A stretch of 64,000 bases of DNA from Alphaproteobacteria bacterium. GTDB lineage: Bacteria > Pseudomonadota > Alphaproteobacteria > MPNO01 > UBA830. Location: NCBI GenBank assembly GCA_965243135.1, contig OZ251539.1:5120001-5184000 (forward strand), written 5' to 3'. Shown piece by piece: positions 1 to 9,582 of this stretch (positions are counted from its first letter, which is position 1; each line of letters opens with the position of its first letter). The notes beneath the pieces are model-generated. The model searched no databases, was not told where the DNA came from, and saw nothing but the letters and a program-made list of their open reading frames with translations. The translations under genes were made by a program, and so were the position numbers.

Positions 1-278
1 GCCTCCTTTGGTTGGCGACCGTGCCCCTCACCTCCGGCCTCGTCGCGCAGATCTTCGGATTGCGCTTCATGGCGACGCTGACCGGAATCGTCTTTTTCTC
101 GCATCAGCTCGGCAGCTTTTTCGGCGTCTGGCTGGGCGGAAGGCTCTTCGTCGACACCGGCAGCTACGACGCCATATGGTGGATCTCGATAGCGCTCGGC
201 CTCGTCGCCGCGCTGCTGCACTATCCCATCGACGACAGGCCGGTCGAACGCGAGGCCGCGCGGGAGGCCGCGGCATGA
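1..278 (+). CDS. MFS transporter, C-terminal part (truncated at window edge)
   Basis: Frame reads LLWLATVPLTSGLVAQIFG...SHQLGSFFGVWLGG, hydrophobic MFS helices; paralogous to the C-terminus of the next gene. Confidence 0.85.
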   Translation, partial: LLWLATVPLTSGLVAQIFGLRFMATLTGIVFFSHQLGSFFGVWLGGRLFVDTGSYDAIWWISIALGLVAALLHYPIDDRPVEREAAREAAA

Positions 279-1486
279 GCGCCGGCTGGCGCACGCCGAT
301 CGTCATCCTGGTCTGCGGCACGTCGATCGTGCTGATTTCGCTCGGCGCGCGCATGACCTTCGGGTTGTGGCTGGAACCCGCGACCAACGACCTGTGGCCG
401 AACCAGTACCGGATCCTGTCGCTCGCGATGGCGCTCCAGTCGCTGTTCTGGGGGGTCGGAACGCCGGTCGCCGGCAATATCGCCGATCGCTACGGCAGCG
501 GGCGCGTGATCGCCGCGGCCGGCATTCTCTACACGGCCGGCCTGCTGCTGATGACGGTCTCGACGACGCCGATCATGGCGCATTTGTCGATCGGGGTATT
601 GACCGGATTCGCCATGTCGGGCGCCATGTTTCCGATCGTCCTTTCGGCCGTCAGCCGCGCGGCTCCCGAGGGCCGGCGCGACGTCTATCTCGGAATCGCG
701 AGCGCCGGAGGCTCGTCCGGACAGGTTCTGATGGTCCCCGTCGGCCAGTATCTCGTCGACGCCAGCGGCTGGGTCGCGACGCTTCACGTCATGGCGGCCG
801 TGACGGCGCTCATCGTTCCGCTCGCCTACGCAATGGTCCGCACCGGATCGCCGGCGGCGGCCGCGACCGGCCAGCGCGCCGTCGACGCCATACGGGAAGC
901 GTTCCGTCATCGGGGATACGTCCTGCTGATGGGCGGCTACTTCGTCTGCGGGCTGCAGACGATGTTCATCGGAACCCATTTCCCGGTCATGCTGGCCAGC
1001 CTGGAGGTGGACCCGGCGGTCGCCGCGTACTCGCTGTCCCTGATCGGCCTATTCAACATCGTCGGCACCTTCGCCTGGGGCGCCGCAGGCGGGCGTTTCC
1101 GCCAGAAGTACCTGCTTTGCTGGCTCTATTCCCTGCGCTCGCTGGCGATGATCGCCTTCATCCTGCTGCCCGTAACGCCGACGAGCGTCATCGCCTTTTC
1201 CTGCGCGATGGGTCTGGTTTGGCTCGGCACGGTGCCGCTCACGGGGTCGATCGTCGCCCGCGTCTTCGGGCTGCGCCACATGGGAATGCTGTTCGGCTTC
1301 GCCTTCGTCGCCCACCAGCTCGGCAGCTTCATCGGCATCTACGCCGCCGGCTATTTCTTCGACATGTTCGGGAACTACAACGTCGTCTGGTGGTCGGCGA
1401 TCATCATGGGGCTGGTCGCCTCGCTGATGAACTACCCCGTCGACGACAGCCCGATCGAACGGCGAACGGCCTTGCAACGGGCATAG
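275..1486 (+). CDS. MFS transporter
   Basis: ATG at 275 overlaps upstream TGA (ATGA); about 12 hydrophobic segments, motif GNIADRYGSGR, C-terminal HQLGSFIG. Confidence 0.9.
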   Translation: MSAGWRTPIVILVCGTSIVLISLGARMTFGLWLEPATNDLWPNQYRILSLAMALQSLFWGVGTPVAGNIADRYGSGRVIAAAGILYTAGLLLMTVSTTPIMAHLSIGVLTGFAMSGAMFPIVLSAVSRAAPEGRRDVYLGIASAGGSSGQVLMVPVGQYLVDASGWVATLHVMAAVTALIVPLAYAMVRTGSPAAAATGQRAVDAIREAFRHRGYVLLMGGYFVCGLQTMFIGTHFPVMLASLEVDPAVAAYSLSLIGLFNIVGTFAWGAAGGRFRQKYLLCWLYSLRSLAMIAFILLPVTPTSVIAFSCAMGLVWLGTVPLTGSIVARVFGLRHMGMLFGFAFVAHQLGSFIGIYAAGYFFDMFGNYNVVWWSAIIMGLVASLMNYPVDDSPIERRTALQRA

Positions 1487-1953
1487 GCCGCCGAACTCGT
1501 TCTCCGCCTATGAGAAATCCGCCGAAGCGCCTCCGGTCGGGGCGGGCGACAGGATCTTCGGCCCGCCGGACGAACCGGTTGCCGTCCGGCGCCGCAGGGA
1601 TCGGATGACCTTGGGCGCCGGCAAGGCCAACCTGCTCGCCCAGGAAAGGCGCCGGGGACCACTCCAAGCGCCATGAGGCAACCGGCCGACGGGCGCAGGC
1701 GGATCTCGGCCCTCGCGCCCTGAAGGAGGATGAAGAAGGTCTGCGGGCGGCGGGAGGACACGACGTTCGTTGATCCGACAGGAAACCGCGTCAACGTTCG
1801 CCGGACCGTCGCCACGGCGAATTTATTCTTGATTGCAATCCGATGATAATGAAAGGAAAAGGCCGTTCAAGAAGGGGTGAAGCGTCGGAAGTGGGTAGTG
1901 ACTCTTTTCCGAACGTCTTTGCCGCCAATGTGTCGACCATGATGGAGAAAAAC

Positions 1954-2296
1954 ATGCAGAACGACATCGCCGTTCGGCCGGTGCTCGACCGGGCTGAACG
2001 CGACCGGTGGGACGAGACGATGCGGAAACGCCACTACCTTGAGTTCCGCGGCATGGTCGGCGAGGCGGTGCGGCATGTTGCCGCAGCCCCGAACGGAGAT
2101 TGGGTGGCGTTGCTGGGTTGGAAAGCGGCAGCTTGGCGGTTGCGGGCGCGAGACCGACGGTTGGACCCCCGAGCGGCGCGATCGCCGGTTGCATCTTGTT
2201 GCGAACAACGCGCGCTTGTTGATTCTCCCACCCTGGCGGCAACGCAACTTGGCGTCCCGTATTTTGTCTCTCAGCGCCCGGCGCCTGTCGGCCGAC
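1954..2296 (+). pseudogene. DUF4338 (DruA-like / transposase-associated) fragment, frameshifted and truncated
   Basis: RWDETMRKRHYL..GEAVRHVA..WVALLGWKAAAWRLRARD in one frame continues as GWTPERRDRRLHLVANNARLLILP..RNLASRILSLSARRLSAD in another (shift near 2155-2160); similarity stops where the downstream repeat starts. Confidence 0.7.
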
Positions 2297-2359
2297 GCGT
2301 CCGTCGGGAACCTTTCGTCCGGCCGCCCCTTTGAGAACGGACCGCACTGCGAGGCGCTG

Positions 2360-2388
2360 CGCGCGTCGTCGCGTATGCGAAACGCGCG
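2360..2388. terminator. Stem-loop downstream of Rpn gene (also present at 3634-3662)
   Basis: CGCGCGT-cg-TCGC-gtat-GCGA-a-ACGCGCG nested inverted repeat; no clear U-tract. Confidence 0.4.
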
Positions 2389-2410
2389 TTAGCGCCGAAG
2401 GTCGCCGCGG

Positions 2411-3469
2411 TCAGTGCCGCTTTGCGGATCCTGACGCACAGGAAAGCAGCTCGTCGCCGGAAACGCTGTCGATCAGATGGTCGCCGATCTCGTCAAGCCG
2501 ACGCGGGTCGTCGATGCCGGTCAGCAAGGCTTCGAGGCCCGCAGCCGTCCCGGCGTCGAACTTCCGCGCCGCCTGACGCAACAACATCGCCCGTTGTCGC
2601 TCCAAGCCCTGCTCCAAGCCTTTTTCCAAGCCCTGTTCCAAGCCCTGTTCCAAGCCCTGCTCCAAGCCCTGCTCCAAGCCCTGCTGTCGACTCTCAAAGA
2701 GCGCCGTGTCCAAAAAAGAGCCCATTTCCTTCAGATCTCCCTCTTGCGCCAACTCCCTGAACCGCGCTTTCACCTCGGGCGCCACGTCCTTGCTCTGCAT
2801 CACCTCGTGCCGCAGCAACTCCTTGAACAGATCGGCAAGGCTCGCATCCGTCTCCGGGTCCACCGCCAGCGCCTGCAGATCTTCTCCGACCGTCGCCCAG
2901 TCGCGCTGCGCAAACCGGGCCCGCAACGACAACAGGTTCCGCCTCGGCAAATCCTCTGCATTCAGCCGGTGGATGTCAATCAGAAAAAAGCGCTGCCGCG
3001 GCTGATACGTTTCCAGAAAGCCGCCTGGCGGCGCCACCAGCAATTCCGTCGCCGCAGTCCAGGGCGGGCGGCCAGTGTAGATCACGATCGGCAGCACCGG
3101 CGGCAATGGAGCGCCCTTCGGCAACTCTTCGTTCCGACGGAGCTTCCGATGCAGTTGCCCGACATACGCATGCATCCGCGACGCCATGTCGCTGTCCACG
3201 GTGGACTGGAACTCCAGCACCAGAAGCAGGTAGAGCCATCCCTGCGCTCCGGCGAGGCGGAAACGGATGCGCCAGACCGCGTCGCCGAAACTCTGGTTCA
3301 AACCGTCGTCGACATACTGGGTCGACAACTGTTCCATCTTTCCGAAATCGCAGGCTTCGACCACCTCCGGCGGCATGAGGCCGCGCAGCACGTCCACGAC
3401 CGCGCCGGGGATATCGAACAACTTCTTCATCCAGGCGTCTTCGAAATTTGCGAACATCCCGGTTTCCAT
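2411..3469 (-). CDS. Rpn/YhgA family recombination-promoting nuclease (PD-(D/E)XK) with C-terminal GLEQ repeats
   Basis: Motifs GDAVWRI, LLVLEFQSTVDSDMASRM, LPPVLPIVIYTG..PW; C-terminal (GLEx)7 repeat then RQAARKF helical domain. Confidence 0.9.
   Translation of the reverse strand: METGMFANFEDAWMKKLFDIPGAVVDVLRGLMPPEVVEACDFGKMEQLSTQYVDDGLNQSFGDAVWRIRFRLAGAQGWLYLLLVLEFQSTVDSDMASRMHAYVGQLHRKLRRNEELPKGAPLPPVLPIVIYTGRPPWTAATELLVAPPGGFLETYQPRQRFFLIDIHRLNAEDLPRRNLLSLRARFAQRDWATVGEDLQALAVDPETDASLADLFKELLRHEVMQSKDVAPEVKARFRELAQEGDLKEMGSFLDTALFESRQQGLEQGLEQGLEQGLEQGLEKGLEQGLERQRAMLLRQAARKFDAGTAAGLEALLTGIDDPRRLDEIGDHLIDSVSGDELLSCASGSAKRH
2597..2680 (-). repeat. 12-nt coding tandem repeat, 7 x GLE[Q/K/R]
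   Basis: Repeated ccaagccctg(c/t)t units on the + strand; only 5 units in the copy at 3871-3930. Confidence 0.95.
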
Positions 3470-3566
3470 TCATGCGCAGCAAAATGAGCGCCACCATACC
3501 ACGACAGGGCATGCTCCCGCCGGCCGCGCACGGGAACGCCGCGTCGTGCGCCCGTCGGCCGACGCT

Positions 3567-4015
3567 CGACGCGTCCGTCGGGAACCTTTCGTCCGGCCGC
3601 CCCTTTGAGAACGGACCGCACTGCGAGACGCTGCGCGCGTCGTCGCGTATGCGAAACGCGCGTTAGCGCCGAAGGTCGCCGCGGTCAGTGCCGCTTTGCG
3701 GATCCTGACGCGCAGGAAAGCAGCTCGTCGCCGGAAGCGCTGTCGATCAGATGGTCGCCGATCTCGTCAAGCCGGCGCGGGTCGTCAATGCCGGTCAGCA
3801 AGGCTTCGAGGCCCGCAGCCGTCCCGGCGCCGAACTTTCGTGCCGCCTGACGCAACAACATCGCCCGTTGTCGCTCCAAACCTTTTTCCAAGCCCTGCTC
3901 CAAGCCCTGTTCCAAGCCCTGTTCCAAGCCCTGCTGTCGACTCTCAAAGAGCGCCGTGTCCAAAAAAGATCCCACTTCCTTCAGATCTCCCTCTTTCGCC
4001 AACTCCCTGAACCGC
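3567..4015. repeat. Direct repeat copy 2
   Basis: Matches 2293-2765 with scattered substitutions and two fewer 12-nt units. Confidence 0.95.
3685..3975 (-). CDS. Stand-alone copy of the Rpn C-terminal domain (RpnS-like small protein or gene relic)
   Basis: Open frame from GTG at 3975, preceded by AGAGGGAGATCTGAAGGAA; equivalent to the internal ATG at 2725 of the full gene; 96 aa. Confidence 0.55.
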   Translation of the reverse strand: MGSFLDTALFESRQQGLEQGLEQGLEQGLEKGLERQRAMLLRQAARKFGAGTAAGLEALLTGIDDPRRLDEIGDHLIDSASGDELLSCASGSAKRH

Positions 4016-4059
4016 TCGTGGCCGTCTCGCCGACGAACTATCACGTCGACGGCAAACGG

Positions 4060-4662
4060 TCACGCGACGGGCACAGGCTGCTCGACTTCGATCTCGCTCT
4101 CCACCAGCGGCATGCGGGCGAGCCATTTTTCGACTTCGGCTGGATCTTCGAACAGGGTTTCGAGTTCGACGCGCGCCTCGGGCTCGGTCTGGCGGCCCGA
4201 CTCGATCACCGAAAGGCCCGCGTCGGCGATGCTGGTCGCCAGTTCCAGGCGAATGCCGTTGGGATCGAAGAAATAGGCCGACCAGAACCGGCCGCCGAGA
4301 TGGACCGGACCGATCAGATCGACGCCGCAGTCCTTCACATGTGCGCACAGCTCGTCGAAGCGGGCTTTCGGCACGTGGAAGGCGAGATGCTGCATCCCGC
4401 CGGGCAAATCGCGATCCGACCGATCCAGCCCTTTCGGATACTCGAAGAAGGCAAGGAAAGAGTCGTTTCCCATGTCGAAGAAGTAGTGTCTCAGGTTGTC
4501 GTAGGGCGGTTGGCCGCGGTCGCGCTCGAACGGCACCCGGCGCACGTGCACGAGCCGCATCCGCAACACCCGCGTGTAGAATTCCATCGTCGCCGGCATG
4601 TCGTCGGTGACGAGAGCGAGATGGTCGACGCCGCGCACGCCGACGGGTTCGAGCGGGTTCAT
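4060..4662 (-). CDS. VOC / glyoxalase family protein
   Basis: GVDHLAL..FY..VL, HLAF, YFFDPNGIRLE motifs. Confidence 0.9.
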   Translation of the reverse strand: MNPLEPVGVRGVDHLALVTDDMPATMEFYTRVLRMRLVHVRRVPFERDRGQPPYDNLRHYFFDMGNDSFLAFFEYPKGLDRSDRDLPGGMQHLAFHVPKARFDELCAHVKDCGVDLIGPVHLGGRFWSAYFFDPNGIRLELATSIADAGLSVIESGRQTEPEARVELETLFEDPAEVEKWLARMPLVESEIEVEQPVPVA

Positions 4663-5504
4663 ACCGGATCTCCCTTCAGAAAGGCTTCCACCTCGCCGAT
4701 CAGCGCTTCCGGCGCGTCGCCTGCAACGTCATGTCCCGCCTCGATCTCCGCTATGGAGATTCTGGGATTGGCGTCCATAACCTTGGCGACCGTCTCCGAA
4801 GCGAACATGTCGGAACGGCTGCCGCGGATCGCCAGAACCGGACAACGGACCTCCGCGAGCGCGGCCCACATGTCCGGGCCCGCGGGGGCGGCGGTGCCTT
4901 CGAGGATCTTGCGGAACCTGTCGCGATGAAAGGCGTCGCGTTTGATGGCGTATCCGTCGGCGGTCTTCGCAAGATAGGCTTCCATTCTCCTGCGGTACGG
5001 ATCGTCGGACGGGAGGTTGCGGTCCCTGCCGAAATGCTCCAGCGCGTCGTCCACGGACGCGAAGGCGTCCGGCGTTCCGGCGACGGTTTCCGCCACCCGC
5101 CGGGAACCGGCCGGCGCGTTGACAGGAGAGTAGTCGCACAGCACCAGCGCGGCGACGCGCTCCGGATAGCGGGCGGCGCACCAGACGCAGTTGCGTCCGC
5201 CCATCGAGTGCCCCATCAGGACGACTTTGTCCCAGCCGAAATGATCGGCGACCGCAATGCAGTCGGCGGCGTAGTCGTCGACGCCGTAGGCGCGCGACGC
5301 GCTCCAGCTCGAGTCCCCGAAGCCCCGCATGTCCATCGCGACGACCTCGCGCCCGCCGGATGCGAGTTCGTTCGCGACCGGAATCCAGTCGTAGGAAAAA
5401 TAGCTGAGGCCGTGAACGATCAGGATCGGCGTTCCGCCGGGCGCGCCGAAACGGCGGTAGAACAGGGCGAGGTCGCCGTTCGCGACCGCGCCGGTTCCGC
5501 TCAT
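4659..5504 (-). CDS. Alpha/beta fold hydrolase
   Basis: HG oxyanion motif, DMRGFGDS, nucleophile elbow GHSMGG, C-terminal AGH. Confidence 0.9.
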   Translation of the reverse strand: MSGTGAVANGDLALFYRRFGAPGGTPILIVHGLSYFSYDWIPVANELASGGREVVAMDMRGFGDSSWSASRAYGVDDYAADCIAVADHFGWDKVVLMGHSMGGRNCVWCAARYPERVAALVLCDYSPVNAPAGSRRVAETVAGTPDAFASVDDALEHFGRDRNLPSDDPYRRRMEAYLAKTADGYAIKRDAFHRDRFRKILEGTAAPAGPDMWAALAEVRCPVLAIRGSRSDMFASETVAKVMDANPRISIAEIEAGHDVAGDAPEALIGEVEAFLKGDPV

Positions 5505-5508
5505 CGGC

Positions 5509-6831
5509 TCATCCTTCCAGCAGGCGCGGCAGAACCAGCGCGACGGCCGGAAACGCCAGGACGATCGCGACGCGCGCGGCGTCCGACAGGAAGAAGGGCA
5601 GAACGCCCTTGAAGGTTTCCAGCATCGGGACGTCCTTCGCCATCGAGTTGATGATGAAGACGTTCAGTCCCACCGGCGGCGTGATCAGCCCGACCTCGAC
5701 CACGATCAGCGAGATTATGCCGAACCAAAGCTTAAGTTCCTCGCCCTGCACGGAGAATTCCAGACCCGCGATTATCGGCCAGAAGATCGGCACGGTCAAC
5801 AAGATCATCGACAGGGAGTCCATCACCAGGCCCAGCACGATGTAGAGCGCGATCATGCCGAACACGATCACCATCGGGGTCAGCCCGGAGTTCCGGAAGA
5901 AGTCCGCGGCCTGGATCGGGAGCTGCGAGAAGCCGAGAAACGCGTTGAAGACCGCGGCGCCGAGGAGGATCAGGAAAATCATGGCCGTGGTCGACGCGGT
6001 TCCGAGAAGCGCGTCGACGAAACCTTGCCATCTCATGCCGCCGCGCAGCACCGCAATGAGAAAAGTCCCCGTGGCGCCCACGCCTGCCCCCTCGGTCGGC
6101 GTGAAGAACCCGGCGTAGATGCCGCCCATGACGAGCAGGAAGATCACCAGCACCGGCCAGATCTCGATCATCGCCCGCAGCTTGAGGGCGAACGTGGTCT
6201 TCGGGCCGGCGGGACCGGACTCCGGCGCGATTCGGACGACGATCGCGATCATCAGGATGTAGCCGACCGCCGCCATCAGGCCCGGCACGAACGCCGCTTG
6301 AAAAAGGGTCGCGACATTGGCCTCGACCATCACGGCGTAGATGATGAGGACGATCGACGGCGGAATGAGAATGCCGAGCGTGCCGCCGGCGGCGAGCGCG
6401 CCGGTGGCGAGCGATCCCGCGTAGTTGTAGCGCCGCAGTTCCGGCAACGCGACCTGGCCCATCGTCGCCGCGGTCGCCAGCGACGATCCGGTGATCGCCC
6501 CGAACCCCGCGCATCCGCCGACGGCGGCCATGGCGATCCCGCCGCGAAACTGTCCGAGCCAGGCGTTGGCGGCGGCGAAGAGCGCTTGGCTGAGCCCCGC
6601 CTTGGCGGCGAACTGTCCCATCAGAATGAACAGCGGAACCACCGACAGGGTTTCCGCGGTGAACCGCCAGTAGGTCTCGGTCTTGAGGAAGCTGAGCAGC
6701 GCGACCTCGCCGGCGATCGCGACGTAACCGACCATGCCGACGGTCAGCATGGCGATCGCGATCGGGATCCGGAGGGCGAGAAGCGCCAACAGGACGCCGA
6801 AGCCGATCAGGCCGATCGTGGAACCTTCCAC
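5509..6831 (-). CDS. TRAP transporter large permease (DctM)
   Basis: VPLFILMG, GSSLATA, GTLGILIPPS, FTPTE, GLITPPVGLN motifs; GTG start just after the dctQ stop. Confidence 0.92.
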   Translation of the reverse strand: MEGSTIGLIGFGVLLALLALRIPIAIAMLTVGMVGYVAIAGEVALLSFLKTETYWRFTAETLSVVPLFILMGQFAAKAGLSQALFAAANAWLGQFRGGIAMAAVGGCAGFGAITGSSLATAATMGQVALPELRRYNYAGSLATGALAAGGTLGILIPPSIVLIIYAVMVEANVATLFQAAFVPGLMAAVGYILMIAIVVRIAPESGPAGPKTTFALKLRAMIEIWPVLVIFLLVMGGIYAGFFTPTEGAGVGATGTFLIAVLRGGMRWQGFVDALLGTASTTAMIFLILLGAAVFNAFLGFSQLPIQAADFFRNSGLTPMVIVFGMIALYIVLGLVMDSLSMILLTVPIFWPIIAGLEFSVQGEELKLWFGIISLIVVEVGLITPPVGLNVFIINSMAKDVPMLETFKGVLPFFLSDAARVAIVLAFPAVALVLPRLLEG

Positions 6832-6833
6832 CG

Positions 6834-7352
6834 TCAGGCCCGAAGCTCGGCGAAACTCCGCCGCACGCTGTATGCGACCACCGCCACCAGAAAGGCCAGC
6901 ATCAGAATCGACGGCGGGAACGTCGTCCAGCGCGGAAAGTTGATCGTCATCGATTTTTCCGCGTAGTCGTACATGTCGACGCCGCCGAGGGTCATCCTCC
7001 AGGCGAGGATCGACCCGATGACCAGATAGAAGAGATTGCCGGCCAGATCGCAGAGAGTTCTGATCCGGGCCGGAGCTCCGGCCATGAAAAAGTCGACGAG
7101 CACGTTGCCGCGCGTTATCTGGCACCACGGCAGGAAAGCGAACACGGCGAGCCCGGTGCCGATCGCCACCAGTTCGAAGTCGCCCGGCACCGGGGCGGAC
7201 AATGCCGAGCGTCCCGACACGCTTATCGTCGTCAGCGCGGCGAGGGCGCACAGCATGAAGCCGCCCGCGACGGCGAGCCATTTGGCGAGGTCGTAGAGAA
7301 GGCGGCCCGCCCTGTCGGCGGGCCGCCCGGACGCCGCGGCGCCTTCGGACAC
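6834..7352 (-). CDS. TRAP transporter small permease (DctQ)
   Basis: 4 TM segments, PVPGDFELV, GNVLVDFF; lies between dctP and dctM. Confidence 0.88.
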   Translation of the reverse strand: MSEGAAASGRPADRAGRLLYDLAKWLAVAGGFMLCALAALTTISVSGRSALSAPVPGDFELVAIGTGLAVFAFLPWCQITRGNVLVDFFMAGAPARIRTLCDLAGNLFYLVIGSILAWRMTLGGVDMYDYAEKSMTINFPRWTTFPPSILMLAFLVAVVAYSVRRSFAELRA

Positions 7353-7374
7353 GGGAGGCCGGCCGGTCCGCCGA

Positions 7375-8396
7375 TCAGTTGGCGGAATACTTGTCGATCA
7401 GGGCGCGGGCGTCGGCCAGCAGTTTCGCGCCGTCCACGCCTATGTCCTTCATTTCCGCAAGCCACCGGTCGAACACGGGCTTCGCCGCTTCTTTCATCTT
7501 GGCGACCTCTTCGGCAGGTATGGTGTGGAACTTGTTCTTCTCGCGCGACTGCACGACCTTCAGGCCGGGAGCCTCGATCGCGTCCCAGTTCCTGCCGGCC
7601 ATCTCGGCGATGTTGCGTCCCGAATTGTCGTCGATCACCTTCCGGAGGTCGCTCGGCAGCTTTTCGTAGCTGTTGCGGTTCATCAGGAACGTGAAGACGT
7701 TGGTGCCGAGGCGCGGCTGCGAGCCGGCCAGCGTCGAGAAGTGGCTGACGAGATCGGGCGTCTTGACCGCCGGGGCGATCTCGTAGGGCAGAGTTACGCC
7801 GTCGATCACGCCTTTCGAAAGCGCCTGCGGGATCTGCGGCAACGGAAGGCCGATGCCGGTGGCGCCGAGCGCGTTGAGAAGCCAGACGCCGCCGCGGGAA
7901 GCGGCGCGCAGTTTGAGCCCCTTGAGGTCGGCCATCTTGAGGATCGGTTTCCGGGTCTGGAACAGAAAGCCGGCGTGAACGTGGACCAGCAGTGGATGAT
8001 AGCCCTTCAGATCGGGCGCCAGATGCTTTTCCTGGTAATCCTGAAGCGCCATCGTGGACGAATAGGCGGTCTTGTGGACGAAGGGCAGCTCGAAGGGCTC
8101 GACGCGCGGCATGCGGCCCGGCGTGAAGCCCGGCAGCGTCCACGCGATATCGATCACGCCGTCGCGCACCTGATCGAGAAGCTGCGGCGCCTTGCCGCCG
8201 AGCTGCATGGCCCAGAAGGAATCTTGAGCTTGCCGCCGGATTCCTTGGCGATCTTTTCCGCCCACGGCGTGAGAAAGGTCTTGCCGGGGTTCGCTACGGG
8301 CGGAATGAAGGTTTGCATGCGGAGAGTTTCCGCCTTCGCGTCGAAGGCGGCCAATGCCGCCGCCGCGCAAAAGGTTCCGATAATCCGTGTCTTCAT
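7375..8396 (-). pseudogene. TRAP substrate-binding protein (DctP) with a frameshift near 8217
   Basis: Signal peptide MKTRIIGTFCAAAALAAFDAKA...ESGGKLKI is in a different frame from FWAMQLGGKAPQLLDQVRDG...DLKGLKLR; could be a sequencing error. Confidence 0.8.
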
Positions 8397-9162
8397 GGGG
8401 TCGCTCCCGAGTAAGGCCGAACCTGGCATGGTTCGAAAACGAATTCTACAACCGGACGCCGGAACGGACAACCGGACGCGCGCGCGCAGTCTTCGTCCGG
8501 CCGGCGCCTGCCGCCCTCCGCGTGGACCGGTCCTGCGGCCGGCCCGGGAGCGAAGGATTCGACGATCCGAAGGCGGGAAACGATCGTTCTCCATGTCCGG
8601 ACCGCGATTTTTTCGGTTTCCGAGAATCTGGAGCTTCGAGAGGCCGCCATCGGCGCGAACGCTGCGCTTGCCGAACCAAGGAGGCTCGTCGGGCCGCCAC
8701 CGGGACTGCCGGAAGGCCGGAAACGACGAGGTTTCGGGCGCGACGGCCTGCCGCCGCGGGCGGTCTCCGCCGAACATGCGGCGCGGGACCGCGCAGCGCG
8801 GCGCCGGACGGTTTTCCGACGCTCGCGGCCGTGGCGCGCGAACCCGACGCCTTCGGGGCCGGCTATGCGCGGCCTCCGACGCTTTCGGGAGAACGGATGG
8901 CGGAGGGACGCAGAGTCTGCCGGCGTTTTTTCGCGAGTTTTCCGGAGGAGCTTCCGCCCCGGGAATCGCCGCTGAACGATTACCGGAATATAATGCCGCC
9001 GTTCCGCAAGGGACGGACAACGGAAGCTCGACGGCCCGTCCGCCGAAGGAAGACGGGATGGAACTCGTCGAGCGCCAAAACGAGGGGCAGGCCCCGCGCG
9101 AAGCGGCCCTCCTGCGGAAGCGTCTCGAGGCGCCGCCCGCCCGTCTGCACTCAGGAGAGAAG

Positions 9163-9576
9163 ATGGAACCCGTTCTGCAAAGCTTCCTGACCGGTTTTCC
9201 GGTTCTGCTCCTTCATTTCGCGGTGACGCTCGCCATGCTCGCGCTGGGCGTGACCGTCTACCATCTGATCACGCCCTATCACGAGCTGCGGCTGATACGC
9301 GGCGGCAACACCGCCGCTTCGGTTTCCATCTCCGGCGCCATTCTCGGACTCGCGATCCCGCTCGCCGTCTGCATGGCGACCAGCGTCAGCGTCTGGGACA
9401 TCGTCGTCTGGGGCGTGGTGACGCTGGCCATTCAGCTGCTCGCCTACCGGATCGGCGACGCGCTGGTGAGCAATCTGCCGGCGCGCATCGAGAACGGCGA
9501 AATGGGCGCGGCGATCCTGGTCGTCGCCATCAAGATCGCCGTCGCGTTCGTCAACGCGGCCGCGATCGCCGGCTGA
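9163..9576 (+). CDS. DUF350 (YjfL-like) membrane protein
   Basis: AGGAG RBS; TPYHELRLIRGGNTAA and RIENGEMGAA motifs, 4 TM segments. Confidence 0.85.
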   Translation: MEPVLQSFLTGFPVLLLHFAVTLAMLALGVTVYHLITPYHELRLIRGGNTAASVSISGAILGLAIPLAVCMATSVSVWDIVVWGVVTLAIQLLAYRIGDALVSNLPARIENGEMGAAILVVAIKIAVAFVNAAAIAG

Positions 9577-9582
9577 GCCGGC

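Larger units (their letters stand above)
2293..2765. repeat. Direct repeat copy 1 (~470 bp; Rpn 3' end plus ~118 bp downstream)
   Basis: Near-identical to 3567-4015; offset 1274 at the left end and 1250 at the right end because of a 24-nt difference in an internal tandem repeat. Confidence 0.95.

Noticed and set aside
1600-1660. Possible ModE-like fragment (TLGAGKANLL)
   Set aside because: Too short and not continued in any frame I could follow
1954-2296. Functional Druantia defence system
   Set aside because: Only a short frameshifted DUF4338 fragment, with no DruE helicase or other dru genes
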